From Minisyncoccota bacterium (GTDB lineage: Bacteria; Patescibacteriota; Minisyncoccia; Phycocordibacterales; JACRKE01), in contig JBAZWG010000001.1 in the NCBI GenBank assembly GCA_041660505.1, positions 477,776 to 541,775 on the forward strand: a DNA stretch of 64,000 bases, written 5' to 3'. This document shows, one piece after another, positions 27,732 through 36,908 of the stretch. Each line of letters opens with the position of its first letter. Positions within the stretch are counted from its first letter, which is position 1. Both the position numbers and the translations under genes were made by a program. The notes below the pieces were generated by a model that was not told where the DNA came from, made no database searches, and saw only the letters and a list, made by a program, of their open reading frames with translations.

Positions 27732-28700
27732 ATGGAGAAAGAAACGAATAACGAGCTGGAATCAAGATTAGAAATAATGCCCACGCCTGAAGTCGTCGTC
27801 CAAGATGAACCGGGGATGCGACTGTGGGGTATTGCGCAAAAAGCGGCAGACAAACAATACGACAAGAAAGAATACCCGATTGTTGAAGATATTGAAGATT
27901 ACTTTTCTGAACGTCCATTACCACGGGCTGTTATACAAAAGATACAAGAATATCAAAAAGTAAACGAAGAAGCTGTTTTCTGGATATCTCTCGCATACAA
28001 TCATCTCGAACGGATTGACCTTGTTAAAAAAGAAATTATTTCACACAAATCCTGGATTACGAATATTGATGATTTGATCAACGGTGTTCATGCTGTCATG
28101 CGGGAGGTTGAAAATTCGTTAGACGCCGATATTCAGGAAAAGATACAAGGTGCGGTACTTACTGACCTCTCAGCAAAAGAGCGCATCCACGACCAGCTTA
28201 CTGCTGATATCACCGAAATCATTAATTTTTATAAACTTAGTCCGGAAACGAATATTAAACAAGCAGTACTGACTACCGCGAATTTTTTCACACCAAAGAA
28301 TTCTGGCAGGGGATTATCGGTCGGAGAAGATCAGTACCTATTCTGTCATGCAACGAATCGCGATAATATGCGGCACGAATTCTCGCACGGGTTCATTAAC
28401 GACATGGTCCATGAGCTCGACCAAAAACTCTTCGAAGAGCAAAAAAATAAAATAGTCTTGCTGGCTGGAGACTGGTTGAAGTACGGAAATGACTATGGTG
28501 AGTATTGGGAAAGCTTGTTGGATGAAGAACTGATTAGAACGTATGTCGACTGCTACTCAAAGCGACAGCAGCTCAAGATGACTCCGCTGCGTACATTGGT
28601 CTACAAACTCTATGAAGACTACGATGTGGCGAAAGAAACAGACCCGCAGCTTCGATTCAAACAGTTTTTACTAACAGAATTTCCTAAACGACTCTGGTAA
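27732..28700 (+). CDS. Hypothetical protein with an HExxH (HEFSHG) putative zinc-metallopeptidase motif
   Basis: 322-aa ORF with only the HEFSHGFIND motif recognisable. Confidence 0.4.
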   Translation: MEKETNNELESRLEIMPTPEVVVQDEPGMRLWGIAQKAADKQYDKKEYPIVEDIEDYFSERPLPRAVIQKIQEYQKVNEEAVFWISLAYNHLERIDLVKKEIISHKSWITNIDDLINGVHAVMREVENSLDADIQEKIQGAVLTDLSAKERIHDQLTADITEIINFYKLSPETNIKQAVLTTANFFTPKNSGRGLSVGEDQYLFCHATNRDNMRHEFSHGFINDMVHELDQKLFEEQKNKIVLLAGDWLKYGNDYGEYWESLLDEELIRTYVDCYSKRQQLKMTPLRTLVYKLYEDYDVAKETDPQLRFKQFLLTEFPKRLW

Positions 28701-28716
28701 AAAAGTGGATAAATAA

Positions 28717-29430
28717 TTGGTAGACGCTATACACTTGAGGTATACTAGAGGCATGGGAATGCGAGGACCATTACCAAAGAGGAGAGTGAAAATTAAGTGG
28801 TCGGCAAAATTTGCCTATGCTATTGGATTATTGGTAACCGACGGTTGTCTCTATAACGATTATCGGCACATGAGTCTGACTTCTAAAGATATTGAACAGG
28901 CTCGAAATTTCAAAAAGTGTCTCGGCTTGAAAGTTAAAATTGGATTGAAGGGGAGCGGAGCGTCCAAAGAAAAAAAATACTATCATGTACAGTTCGGGGA
29001 TGTCGAATTTTTTGAATTTTTACAGTCTGTTGGACTCACGCCCGCAAAGTCAAAAACGATCGGTGCCGTCAAAGTCCCAGACGAATATTTTTTTGACTAT
29101 GTTCGGGGGTGTTTTGATGGAGATGGATGTTTTTATTCATACTGGGATCCTCGCTGGCGATCGAGCCATATGTTCTATGTTGAATTTGTTTCTGCGAGCA
29201 AAGTACATATCAATTGGTTTCGAGAAGAGTTACGAATGAGGGCTGGAATTGTAGGTCATCTGACAGATGATGGGAAACACTCTACAACTCAGCTCAAATA
29301 CGCAAAGAAAGAGGCGCTGGTAATTATCGACAAAATGTACTATAATCCTCGTGTTATTTGCCTCACCAGAAAAAAGCTCAAAATCAAAAAAGCTTTGAAA
29401 ATTGAGCGAAGACAGCAAAAGTTATATTGA
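28717..29430 (+). CDS. LAGLIDADG-family homing endonuclease (double-motif)
   Basis: Two LAGLIDADG motifs: FAYAIGLLVTDGCL and FDYVRGCFDGDGCF. The gene ends 5 nt before tRNA-Leu. Confidence 0.8.
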   Translation: MVDAIHLRYTRGMGMRGPLPKRRVKIKWSAKFAYAIGLLVTDGCLYNDYRHMSLTSKDIEQARNFKKCLGLKVKIGLKGSGASKEKKYYHVQFGDVEFFEFLQSVGLTPAKSKTIGAVKVPDEYFFDYVRGCFDGDGCFYSYWDPRWRSSHMFYVEFVSASKVHINWFREELRMRAGIVGHLTDDGKHSTTQLKYAKKEALVIIDKMYYNPRVICLTRKKLKIKKALKIERRQQKLY

Positions 29431-29435
29431 GTTAT

Positions 29436-29522
29436 GCCCGGGTGGAGGAACTGGCAGACTCGCAACCTTGAGGTGGTTGTGCCCGCAAGGGCGTGCAGGT
29501 TCAAGTCCTGTCCCGGGTACCA
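29436..29522 (+). tRNA. tRNA-Leu (anticodon GAG), class II, with an encoded CCA
   Basis: Acceptor GCCCGGG/CCCGGGT, anticodon arm CAACC-TTGAGGT-GGTTG, long variable arm GCCCGCAAGGGC, T-arm GCAGG-TTCAAGT-CCTGT, discriminator A plus CCA. Confidence 0.8.
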
Positions 29523-29543
29523 GAATAATTTCTAATAAAATCT

Positions 29544-29840
29544 ATGACTATAGAATTTTTGCGTTCGTACCGTGTTGGACCTTTTGCGATTTTTGATTTC
29601 GCTCTTTCTTACGTTGCTGTATATTTCCTAGCACCATATCTATCTAAACTTTTTGCTCTCGTTGGCATAAGTATAAACAGAGAACAGTGGCTGTGGCTCA
29701 CTTTGCCGATCGCGCTTATTACACATCTGGTCTTTAGAATAGACACGCCATTTACCAGAATGATGCTAGACCCCTCTGGCGGGTATATTGCGAAATTTGT
29801 TATTATATTTATGCTGATCATGGTATACGTAAGACGGTAA
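29544..29840 (+). CDS. Hypothetical small membrane protein
   Basis: Three predicted TM segments. Confidence 0.4.
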   Translation: MTIEFLRSYRVGPFAIFDFALSYVAVYFLAPYLSKLFALVGISINREQWLWLTLPIALITHLVFRIDTPFTRMMLDPSGGYIAKFVIIFMLIMVYVRR

Positions 29841-29861
29841 GATTGCGACGGAGCAAAGTTC

Positions 29862-30452
29862 ATGCCTAACAAATTCTACACCGGCAAGGGAGACAAGGGC
29901 GATACAGGGTTCTTCGGTACTGCCGAGCGCCACCCCAAATCATCAATGCGCGTTGAGTGTCTCGGCGCGGTGGATGAACTTGGCTCGTGGGTCGGCCTCT
30001 GTCGTGCGAAGTTGGTCACCGAGGAGAGACCTCCCTCTGGAGGACTCTCCTCGGTGACAAAATCAAAAATATTAGAAGAAGTTCAGCAAAATCTGTTTAT
30101 CATCCAGGGCGAGTTTGGCGGAGCCGACGTGCATTTGAACGAGAAACATCTAGCGAAGCTCGAAGAAGATATTGCTGACATTTCTAAACGCTTGCCGGAA
30201 ATCACCAGTTTTGTTTTACCCGGCGCATCCGAGCTTGGCGCGATACTTGATATAACTCGCACGATAGCGAGGCGCGTCGAAAGGCGAGTGGTTGCATATG
30301 CCAAAGATACGCAACTTATGGGAGCAGTGCAGGGGAGGGCGCGCGAATTTACTCTGGCCTACTTGAATCGTCTATCGAGTCTCTTATACGTCCTCGCTCG
30401 ACACGAGGCCGCAAAAAGAGGAACGCAAGAAAAAACTCCGACCTATGAGTAG
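29862..30452 (+). CDS. ATP:cob(I)alamin adenosyltransferase, PduO type
   Basis: FYTGKGDKGDTGFFGTAERHPKSSMRVECLGAVDELGSWVG matches the PduO/MMAB N-terminus. It carries the in-frame family B element (VTEERPPSGGLSSV). Confidence 0.8.
   Translation: MPNKFYTGKGDKGDTGFFGTAERHPKSSMRVECLGAVDELGSWVGLCRAKLVTEERPPSGGLSSVTKSKILEEVQQNLFIIQGEFGGADVHLNEKHLAKLEEDIADISKRLPEITSFVLPGASELGAILDITRTIARRVERRVVAYAKDTQLMGAVQGRAREFTLAYLNRLSSLLYVLARHEAAKRGTQEKTPTYE
30017..30056. repeat. Family B 40-bp palindromic element, copy 2, in-frame in the adenosyltransferase gene
   Basis: caccgaggagagacctccctctggaggactctcctcggtg, with terminal inverted octamers. Confidence 0.8.
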
Positions 30453-30529
30453 GGTGGTGTTAGCACTATTCTTTGTGGATAAAGTCGAACACGGGTATAT
30501 ACCGACGCTGTAAAAACCGTTATAATTAA

Positions 30530-31045
30530 GTGATGGTATGGATGCTATGCAGTCATTGTAAAAAGGAGTTTCAAACAAAACCTTCTTGGATTCGTTATGG
30601 CAGGAAGTATTGTTCAGAACCATGCCAGCGCTTAGGTATGCGCAAGGGTAAAAACGTCAAATGCTCATGGTGTGAAAAAGTAGTATACAAATCACTGAAG
30701 GAACTGCACGGTACGAAAAGCGGCAAATTATTTTGCAGTAAAACCTGCAGTCTAGCTTGGATTGCGTCAGAACACCAAGAAGAAAATCATCCCAATTGGA
30801 AAAATGGTGAAAAATCATATCGTCACATTCTCGAGCGTCACACCAAAAAGAAGATTTGTATTCTCTGCCAGACAGAAAACCCTGATGTCATGGCCGTCCA
30901 CCATGTTGATCAAAATCGAAAGAACAACAAGTTAAGCAATCTCCAATGGCTCTGCCATAACTGCCATCATTTGGTGCATTGTTACCCGAGAGAAAAAATA
31001 AGATTTACAAAATTACTTACGCCCACAAATGCCACGCCACTGTAA
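30530..31045 (+). CDS. HNH endonuclease with N-terminal zinc-ribbon modules
   Basis: HNH motif VHHVDQNRKNNKLSNLQWLCHNCHHLVH plus several CxxC pairs. It is a tandem paralog of the next gene. Confidence 0.75.
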   Translation: MMVWMLCSHCKKEFQTKPSWIRYGRKYCSEPCQRLGMRKGKNVKCSWCEKVVYKSLKELHGTKSGKLFCSKTCSLAWIASEHQEENHPNWKNGEKSYRHILERHTKKKICILCQTENPDVMAVHHVDQNRKNNKLSNLQWLCHNCHHLVHCYPREKIRFTKLLTPTNATPL

Positions 31046-31520
31046 AATATGCAATACATTATTTTATGCTAAACCCGGACACGTTAAGCGTGGCTGGGGC
31101 ATATACTGTTCGCGAACGTGTCATTACTCGGACACAATTGAAAAGGTGAAGAAAGAATGCGAGACGTGCAAAAAACCGGTTTTCGTTGTGCGCTCCAAAA
31201 TTATTCGCTCAAAAAGCGGAAAGTTTTTCTGTAACAAATCCTGCCAGACAAAATGGCGTAATCGGCAGTATGTCGGCAACAAACATAGTAATTGGAAGGA
31301 CGGGCTTAATTCGTACCAGTCAATTCTTGATCGCAATAAAGTTCCCCGGATATGCTTGTTATGTAAAATCACTGATATTCGCATTCTGGTAACTCATCAT
31401 GTTGATGAAAATCACCGAAACAATGAGCTTTCAAATTTGGCTCGTTTGTGTCATAATTGCCATCACTTGGTTCATAACAGGCCTAAGTATAAGAGCAAGC
31501 TTATGGTGCCTCTGGTGTAA
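31029..31520 (+). CDS. HNH endonuclease (tandem paralog) whose 3' end overlaps tRNA-His
   Basis: THHVDENHRNNELSNLARLCHNCHHLVH. The stop at 31518-31520 lies inside the tRNA-His 5' acceptor region. Confidence 0.75.
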   Translation: MPRHCKICNTLFYAKPGHVKRGWGIYCSRTCHYSDTIEKVKKECETCKKPVFVVRSKIIRSKSGKFFCNKSCQTKWRNRQYVGNKHSNWKDGLNSYQSILDRNKVPRICLLCKITDIRILVTHHVDENHRNNELSNLARLCHNCHHLVHNRPKYKSKLMVPLV

Positions 31521-31580
31521 CGGTTAACACAGACCCCTGTGGAGGGTCAAATTCGAGTTCGATTCTCGGGAGGCACCCCA
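31505..31580 (+). tRNA. tRNA-His (anticodon GTG) with G-1 and an encoded CCA
   Basis: Extra 5' G, acceptor GTGCCTC/GAGGCAC, D-arm GTGT-AACGGTTA-ACAC, anticodon arm GACCC-CTGTGGA-GGGTC, discriminator C plus CCA. Confidence 0.85.
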
Positions 31581-31596
31581 AATAAAATTTAAATCT

Positions 31597-33201
31597 ATGG
31601 AAGACCAACCGCGATTTGATTATCTTTTTATTGGTACGGGGAATTCAGCTTTGACCGCCGCCGCTTTGCTTGCCAATAGCGGTGCGCGAGTGCTTATGCT
31701 TGAGGCTCACGATATACCCGGCGGATACGCGCAGTCTTTCGCTTGGGGCAAATATTTCTTCTGCGGGCAGGTGCACTATATCTGGGGTTGTAGTCCGGAG
31801 GGGCGTATTGGTACCTTCTTGAGGAAGATAGGCTTGGATAAAGATATCACCTTCGAGCTTTATGACCCCGATGCCTATGACATTATGGCGATGCCGGACG
31901 GCAAAAAAGTAGGCATGCCGTATGGTTGGGAGCGCTTGGCGATAAATATAGAAAAAGCTTATCCCGGTCAAGGCGACCGCGTCCGTGCTTTTACCGGAAT
32001 TATTAGTCGGATAAGAAAAGAGTTAGCACAATTCCCAGAACGCAATATTAAATGGTGGGAATATATTACCCGTGCGAGGCAATACCGAACGCTTATTAGA
32101 TATCGCAACAAAACACTACAAGACGTTTTCGACGAATGCGGGCTCTCGATAGAAGCGCAGACGGTGCTCGCGGCTAATGCCGGTGACTTCATGGCGCCGC
32201 CGAACAAGCTCGCCATTCTTGCGTATCAAGGGCTTATGGCCGGATATAACGACGGGGCATATTATCCGACCAAACATTATAAATACTATATAGACAGAAT
32301 CGCTGAATTTATAGAAAGTCATCGCGGTTCTCGAATCATTTATAAAGCCGAGGTTGCGGCGATAGAAACATCCGGCGACAAAGTGACTTCGGTAAAAACG
32401 AAAGACGGCAGGACTTTTAACGCGAAGACAATAATCTGTAATATGGACCCAAAGCGTGTGGCCGAAATGATCGGTTTGGAGAAGTTCGGAGATAAATTCA
32501 AGAAAAAATTAGATTATGTTTATTCACCATCGGGAGTAATGATCTATCTGGGTCTTAAAGATATTGATCTAAAAAAGTATGGTTTCGGAAGGCACAATAT
32601 TTGGCATTGCGAGAACTTCGATATGAATAAAATGTGGCAAGATCAGGGTCAGAATAATTTTGAAAAGCCGTGGATTTTCATATCGACCCCTACTCTGCAT
32701 ACGCAAGAGTCAGGCACCTGCCCGCCAGGTAATCAGATAATGGAGGTTGCAACATATGTCGAGTATGGTGATCTGGCAAAGCTAAAAGCTGAAAACTATA
32801 AAGAATATGAGGCTCGCAAACTCGAAATCGCTGAACGCATGCTTGATATTGTAGAAAAGCGCTATATTCCCGATTTACGCAATCATATCGACGTAAAAGT
32901 AGTCGGCACTCCGAGCACAAATGAATACTGGGTCTCGGCTCCGAGGGGGAATGCTTATGGTGCAGATATGCTCCCGAATCAGATTGGTCTACACCGTGTG
33001 ACAATGGAAACGCCGTTTAAGAACTTCTACTTCTGTAACGCTAGCGCCGGGTATGCCGGTATGCATGGTACGACCGGCAACGGCATATTATTGTACGAAA
33101 AACTGACCGGGGAAAAAGTTTTTGACCCAAGCAAAGCTCCTAGCGACGACGAGCTTGCCGAGGCGGCTTATCTTAAGGCTAAACAGAAAAGCGTTTCCTA
33201 A
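31597..33201 (+). CDS. FAD-dependent oxidoreductase, phytoene desaturase (CrtI)-like family
   Basis: N-terminal dinucleotide-binding motif [36 protein letters not shown]. Confidence 0.7.
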   Translation: MEDQPRFDYLFIGTGNSALTAAALLANSGARVLMLEAHDIPGGYAQSFAWGKYFFCGQVHYIWGCSPEGRIGTFLRKIGLDKDITFELYDPDAYDIMAMPDGKKVGMPYGWERLAINIEKAYPGQGDRVRAFTGIISRIRKELAQFPERNIKWWEYITRARQYRTLIRYRNKTLQDVFDECGLSIEAQTVLAANAGDFMAPPNKLAILAYQGLMAGYNDGAYYPTKHYKYYIDRIAEFIESHRGSRIIYKAEVAAIETSGDKVTSVKTKDGRTFNAKTIICNMDPKRVAEMIGLEKFGDKFKKKLDYVYSPSGVMIYLGLKDIDLKKYGFGRHNIWHCENFDMNKMWQDQGQNNFEKPWIFISTPTLHTQESGTCPPGNQIMEVATYVEYGDLAKLKAENYKEYEARKLEIAERMLDIVEKRYIPDLRNHIDVKVVGTPSTNEYWVSAPRGNAYGADMLPNQIGLHRVTMETPFKNFYFCNASAGYAGMHGTTGNGILLYEKLTGEKVFDPSKAPSDDELAEAAYLKAKQKSVS

Positions 33202-34519
33202 TCATTTCTGCGACTCGCTTTCCCGACCGTGCGGCGCCCTCGGTCCATGGACTGTTCATGTAATCGCCGGCTAGGTAGATATTGTTCACCCCCTGGCCTT
33301 CTTCTTCGAACTTCACGACGCGTGGCAGATAATCGTGGCGAAACTTAGGCATTGCTTGAGGCCAATATTTGAGCGCCAAGGGTTTGATGTCCGAAATGTG
33401 AGCACGAACCTCCGGACAGACTTTTTGTAGTTCGGCTAAGACCGACTCGTACACTTCGTTATCCGGTTTACCGTTTGATTGTTCTGCTGCGGTCTCGTGC
33501 AGGTATACATTCAATATCGAGCGGCCGTTATTCTCGAGTTTCGCACTTTTCCTGATTTGATTATCGTAGCCGGATATCATCTCGTTCTCGACGAAAGGGA
33601 CGTAAGTCAAGTGCGTGCCGTCGGGGAAAAGATTTACGGGAATATCAAAGGTAACGACCATCGTCTCGGCGTAAGTTAAATTTTCAAACATTGCAACTAC
33701 GGAAGCGGGTACGTTTTTTATGATATTTTTTGCCACATTGCCGGTCGTCGCCACGATAACTATGTCAAAAAGTTCTGAAGTATTGTCGCGAATAATCTCA
33801 ACACCAGAATCTTTCGGAGAGACGGAAGCAATTTCTGTGTTGGTCAGTACCTTTAGTTTACTTGCAATAGCTTTCGGTATTGACGCAATGCCCCCGTCGG
33901 TATAGGTGGTGTGGAAGCCGCCACTTTCGGTCATCATCTTCATAAGCGAGAACAATGCAGCTGCGCTGATTTCGTCTACTCTGTGGAACTGCATAATTCC
34001 TGTAAATGGATCAGCCACATAATCTGCGACTTCGGGTGAAATTTTTTCGCGGAGATATGCTGAAGCGGAGATACTCTGGAGCTCCAAGCCCACTTCAGAC
34101 AAATGAAAAAAATTAAGAGGCGAACGAATCAGTTTAAGATGCAAACCCCATAGTAAAAATCGCAGCCGAGCTCCGAGCGATAAAAGCTTGAAATTGAAAA
34201 GCAAATCGAACGGGCCCGATAGATCTATATAATAGGGGATTCCTTCGCGGATAATGCGATGCTTGCTGTTCTTCTGTGTGGCTACCCATGCGATACCAAG
34301 CTCGGTGGCATACGCGTGGAGCAGATCGTACCGATTGACAAAAAAGTCCGCACCGGAGTCAAAAATAAAGCCATTAATAATCTCTGTCTGAATACGCCCT
34401 CCAACAACCGAGGAACTTTCAAAGACTGTGACATTATGGCCAGCCTTTTGGAGTTCATAAGCTGCCACCAGCCCCGCGATACCGGCGCCAACGACCGCAA
34501 TCTTCTTTGGACTTTGCAT
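33179..34519 (-). CDS. FAD-dependent oxidoreductase, amine oxidase/protoporphyrinogen oxidase-like
   Basis: [37 protein letters not shown]. Confidence 0.7.
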   Translation of the reverse strand: MQSPKKIAVVGAGIAGLVAAYELQKAGHNVTVFESSSVVGGRIQTEIINGFIFDSGADFFVNRYDLLHAYATELGIAWVATQKNSKHRIIREGIPYYIDLSGPFDLLFNFKLLSLGARLRFLLWGLHLKLIRSPLNFFHLSEVGLELQSISASAYLREKISPEVADYVADPFTGIMQFHRVDEISAAALFSLMKMMTESGGFHTTYTDGGIASIPKAIASKLKVLTNTEIASVSPKDSGVEIIRDNTSELFDIVIVATTGNVAKNIIKNVPASVVAMFENLTYAETMVVTFDIPVNLFPDGTHLTYVPFVENEMISGYDNQIRKSAKLENNGRSILNVYLHETAAEQSNGKPDNEVYESVLAELQKVCPEVRAHISDIKPLALKYWPQAMPKFRHDYLPRVVKFEEEGQGVNNIYLAGDYMNSPWTEGAARSGKRVAEMIRKRFSV

Positions 34520-34537
34520 GTGTGGTAGTATAGCGTA

Positions 34538-35545
34538 ATGGTAAATTTAGACCAAGTGCAGGATAAAATTTATGATCTGCTTATTGTGGGCGCCGGGCCT
34601 GCTGGGATTGAAGCGGCTTTACAGGCCAAGAAGGCCGGCATGAACGCACTGCTCATCGACCGTGAAGAGGCGGGCTTTATTATCGCCCACACAATGAGCA
34701 ATAAAAAGTTCTACCACGCTTACGGGCAGAACGTAGAGGCACCAAAAGGTCTGCTAGATTTCCCAGACCGCAAGCAAGGCAGTGAGCTGGTGCGCCTCTG
34801 GCGCCTGCAGGCAGACACGGTGCCGTATGCACCGCACACCGTGTTTAAAACGATCGAGGACGCAAGAGGCGAGACCTCCGGCAAAGGCGGAGGTCTCGCC
34901 TCGGACACGGTTTACAATTTTATTACAGACAAAGGCGCCATCCAAGCGCCGAAGTTAATTCTCGCCACCGGCATGTTCAGCAAGCCGTGCAAGCTAGGCG
35001 TGCCGGGCGAAGAGGGTAATACCAGCGTTGCGCACGAATTTGATTACAACTCCTTTATTACAGACAAGAAAATTTTAGTAATAGGCGGCGGCAACTCGGC
35101 CGTCGAAGCCGCGCTCGAACTCTCGCTCGATAATGAGGTGACGCTCCTGGTGCGCAAGCCACACGTCGCGGAGACCGTGACCGAACGCAACAGGGTTGAG
35201 CTTGAGAATGAAGCCGGGAAAGGGACGATAAAAGTTTTTTATAACTCGAGCGTCACAGAATTCAATAATCAAGAAGCGACACTAAAATTAGAAGACAAAA
35301 TTGAGAAGAAAGTGTTCGACAAAATTTACATAACCATTGGATTCGAGAAGCCATCCGACTGGCTTGCCTCGATGTCGATAGCGCTCGACCAGGATGGCTT
35401 ACCAAAACTGTCTGACAAACTAGAGACCTCCCGCTCTGGAATTTTTGTATCCGGGGCACTAACCGGCAACGATTCAATAATCGGTTCGGCCAATCAGTCT
35501 ATAGACATTATCCGGTACATGGCCTATACTGCGAAATCAGCATAA
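34538..35545 (+). CDS. NAD(P)/FAD-dependent pyridine nucleotide-disulfide oxidoreductase-like protein without a CxxC (YpdA-like)
   Basis: [22 protein letters not shown] and [15 protein letters not shown] motifs; there is no redox CxxC. Confidence 0.65.
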   Translation: MVNLDQVQDKIYDLLIVGAGPAGIEAALQAKKAGMNALLIDREEAGFIIAHTMSNKKFYHAYGQNVEAPKGLLDFPDRKQGSELVRLWRLQADTVPYAPHTVFKTIEDARGETSGKGGGLASDTVYNFITDKGAIQAPKLILATGMFSKPCKLGVPGEEGNTSVAHEFDYNSFITDKKILVIGGGNSAVEAALELSLDNEVTLLVRKPHVAETVTERNRVELENEAGKGTIKVFYNSSVTEFNNQEATLKLEDKIEKKVFDKIYITIGFEKPSDWLASMSIALDQDGLPKLSDKLETSRSGIFVSGALTGNDSIIGSANQSIDIIRYMAYTAKSA

Positions 35546-35558
35546 TAAACAATAATAT

Positions 35559-36896
35559 ATGAAGAAACTCATCGGTTTTTTGGTTATCGTATTTGTTCTT
35601 GGCGGGATATGGCTGGCGATGTCTGGCTCTAAGTCTTCTACTAGTCCGGTTGCCAATGTTGGCGCGGTAGACTCTCTTCCGGTTTTAACAACGCCATGGA
35701 TAGAGGTAAAAGCCAGCACGACTGTTTCTCTCTTTAACCCGACGACAAATGTCTTGGTGGTACAAGCGAAGACCGGCGACCTGCTCACGCCTCCGGTGCG
35801 CATCGAGGTGGCGAAGAAAGGTGGCGCGGTACTCCACTTTCCCGACGGGTCGCAAGCTCGTCTTGACGCGGGAACTATTCTTACGCTGACGGAAGCAAGC
35901 TATCAAAAAGAATCTCACAGTCTGCGTGCGCAATTTACTCTTGCTATCGGTCGAATCTGGTCTAAGGTTATCGACCTGGCGACGCCGGAATCTGTGTGGG
36001 AAGTGCAGACATCGAACGCCGTTGCGACGGTCCGCGGTACTGCCTTCAGCGTTTCTGCTGATGCAAAAAAGCAATCGAAGGTCTACACTGCCGAGAATGC
36101 TGTTACCGTCGCGACCATTAACCCCGACACCAAAGAACGCACGAAAGTTGCCACGGCACTCGTCGAGGTTGGCAAGCAAATAGATATTACTGATACGATT
36201 GCTCGCACCGTAGAAAAGCAAGGTACATCGACGCTTAAAGTGGTATCGGCTCCAGCAAGTTTGCTCGCCGACGTGTGGGTCAAGGATAACGGCACGCGCG
36301 ACGCGCAATTAGACACGCAAGTTGCGGAGTTGAAGCAAGAAGGTTTAACCGGCGACGCTCTGCGCGTGAAGCTTGAAACAAAAGTGCGCGAAGAATATCA
36401 GATAGTTATCGAACCGATAAAGCAAGAAGAAAAAGCAGAACCGCAAGCAGACGCTAAACCGACAGTTGAACCTGCGATACTAAAACCGGAGGCAGTAAAA
36501 CAGGTACCAAAAGCTACCGAACAAACGGTTATCGGTACGAAGCCGATTGTTTCGACAGCGACACCGAAACAACTTGATGTAAATACAAAAAGCGATCTGA
36601 CAAATATTAATGAAGGGGATCGTGTACAGTTTACCGCTGTATTGATGTTGAGCGATGGCACGACGCGCGATGTTACCGCCGAGACAATGTGGAAGGTTAT
36701 CGGACCTATCGGTAATATCGTAAAGCCAGGAATTTTGGCGACACAGCTTGATGCGAATTCACAAGAGCTGGGCGAGGGTTCCGGCTCTATCATCGCGACT
36801 TGGACCGATAATAAATCGGGAGAAGGTTTCCTCGGTAAAAGCCCGATCTTTAAGGTGAAGTTTGCACCGACAGATGCCGGAGGTCCTGCGATTTAG
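35559..36896 (+). CDS. FecR-domain protein with an N-terminal membrane anchor and a C-terminal Ig-like (Big) domain
   Basis: Signal/TM segment (MKKLIGFLVIVFVLGGIWLA) and FecR signature (VATVRGTAFSV). Confidence 0.5.
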   Translation: MKKLIGFLVIVFVLGGIWLAMSGSKSSTSPVANVGAVDSLPVLTTPWIEVKASTTVSLFNPTTNVLVVQAKTGDLLTPPVRIEVAKKGGAVLHFPDGSQARLDAGTILTLTEASYQKESHSLRAQFTLAIGRIWSKVIDLATPESVWEVQTSNAVATVRGTAFSVSADAKKQSKVYTAENAVTVATINPDTKERTKVATALVEVGKQIDITDTIARTVEKQGTSTLKVVSAPASLLADVWVKDNGTRDAQLDTQVAELKQEGLTGDALRVKLETKVREEYQIVIEPIKQEEKAEPQADAKPTVEPAILKPEAVKQVPKATEQTVIGTKPIVSTATPKQLDVNTKSDLTNINEGDRVQFTAVLMLSDGTTRDVTAETMWKVIGPIGNIVKPGILATQLDANSQELGEGSGSIIATWTDNKSGEGFLGKSPIFKVKFAPTDAGGPAI

Positions 36897-36908
36897 GTAA
36901 TCATAATA

